Origin: Amoebidium appalachense
Taxonomy: Eukaryota > Protista > Ichthyosporea
Reading direction: 5' to 3'
DNA length: 64,000 bases
NCBI GenBank assembly: GCA_963693365.1
Contig: CAVNZM010000002.1
Location: forward strand, 7,408,454-7,472,453
Part shown: positions 49,726 through 64,000 of the stretch, one piece after another
Layout: every line of letters starts with the position of its first letter
Numbering within the stretch: the first letter of the stretch is position 1
The notes under the pieces: generated by a model
What the model was told of the DNA's origin: nothing
What the model saw: the letters and a program-made list of their open reading frames with translations, nothing else
The model's database searches: none
Made by a program: the position numbers and the translations under genes

Positions 49726-50440
49726 GACAGTTTTTAGCAGATCAGCAAGCAACAACACATCCTCTGTGTTTAGCACCTACAGCTTTACAGCTATATTTTC
49801 TTTTTCACCCACCCACCTACACCCTACACTCAACCCCCATTGATCCCCACATACGTGCTGTTTTTTCACGGGGCGAAGACTTCCTCCGTTTTTTGGGCAC
49901 AAGGACCTCACGGATCAATAAATTGATGACTGGGGGCTTGCCGTGGTTTACAACCATTGCAGGTTCACTTTCGTCCAAGGGGATGTCCCCCTAGAGGCAA
50001 CACACGTCCCGGAGTAGTTTTCATAGAAGAAACGAAAAGCAAACATTCCAACACGAACCTCTCATGCAGCCAGAACGTGTTCGAAAACATACACAAAAGA
50101 AGAAAAAAGAAAAAGAAAAAAAGGTCCGACCAGCTACAGTTCAGATTGTAATCAGGCTTGCATTCCTTAGGAGCACTGATAATCGATATCGAGCACAAAT
50201 ACTAATAAAAAAAGAGATACACGGAGGGGCCAAAAAAAAAAAAAAAAAAAAAACTGTCGGCTTTTTGAGCCATCATGCCAACCTATATAGCAATCCTCAA
50301 CAATTCAATCCACTCACATACAACAAATAATCATCCACTCCACCCACACGCCACCAACCACTATCCTTATTCATTCACCACCCACACACAACGTACACTC
50401 CACACCTCACTACACCGTGACGACCCTCCTGTCTTCCACA

Positions 50441-63877
<13,437 letters not shown>

Positions 63878-64000
63878 CTGTGACCAGAGGGGGTTGGTTG
63901 ACATAGGGCACAACAAAAGGGACCAACAACCGGGGGAAGAGGGGGGGGGGGGGGGGGGGGTAAGGAAATCTTGCCCGCGGAAAAAGCTTGACATCCATCT

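Larger units (their letters stand above)
46936..50027 (+). mobile_element. Internally deleted tyrosine-recombinase (DIRS order, Ngaro/PAT-type) retrotransposon with split direct repeats A1...B1-A2-B2
   Basis: A1 46936-47097 matches A2 49471-49576 plus 49752-49807. B1 49382-49470 equals B2 49939-50027 (89 bp). B1 abuts A2. The interior has gag-like zinc-finger and YR remnants; no TSD seen. Confidence 0.9.

Overview
Eukaryotic, intron-rich genomic DNA (GT-AG introns, CTAAC-like branch points) saturated with poly(G)/poly(C) homopolymers and (CA)n/(GA)n microsatellites. Most entries in the ORF track are artefacts of these repeats. A unicellular holozoan-like protist is my guess, but the taxon cannot be determined from this window. 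Genes supported by the sequence: (1) a 5'-partial spliced cathepsin B-like protease fused to a TSP1 domain, a mucin-like linker, an unknown Cys domain and a membrane/GPI tail; (2) an intronless SLC28/CNT nucleoside transporter; (3) a tandem pair of FAR-17a/AIG1 (rolling-stone)-like membrane protein genes, one pseudogenised; (4) an inverted pair of large multi-exon genes of unknown function; (5) a two-exon bZIP factor. Between the inverted pair sit two small retroelements. One is a very young copia-type miniature LTR element (TRIM-like) with a half-tRNA(iMet) PBS and a 13-bp array in its LTRs, inserted into a poly(C) tract. The other is a deleted Ngaro/PAT-type tyrosine-recombinase retrotransposon with split direct repeats. 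A probable fossil PIF1 helicase and a perfect 31-bp intronic hairpin are also noted. Exon boundaries were read by eye and may be off by a few bases.
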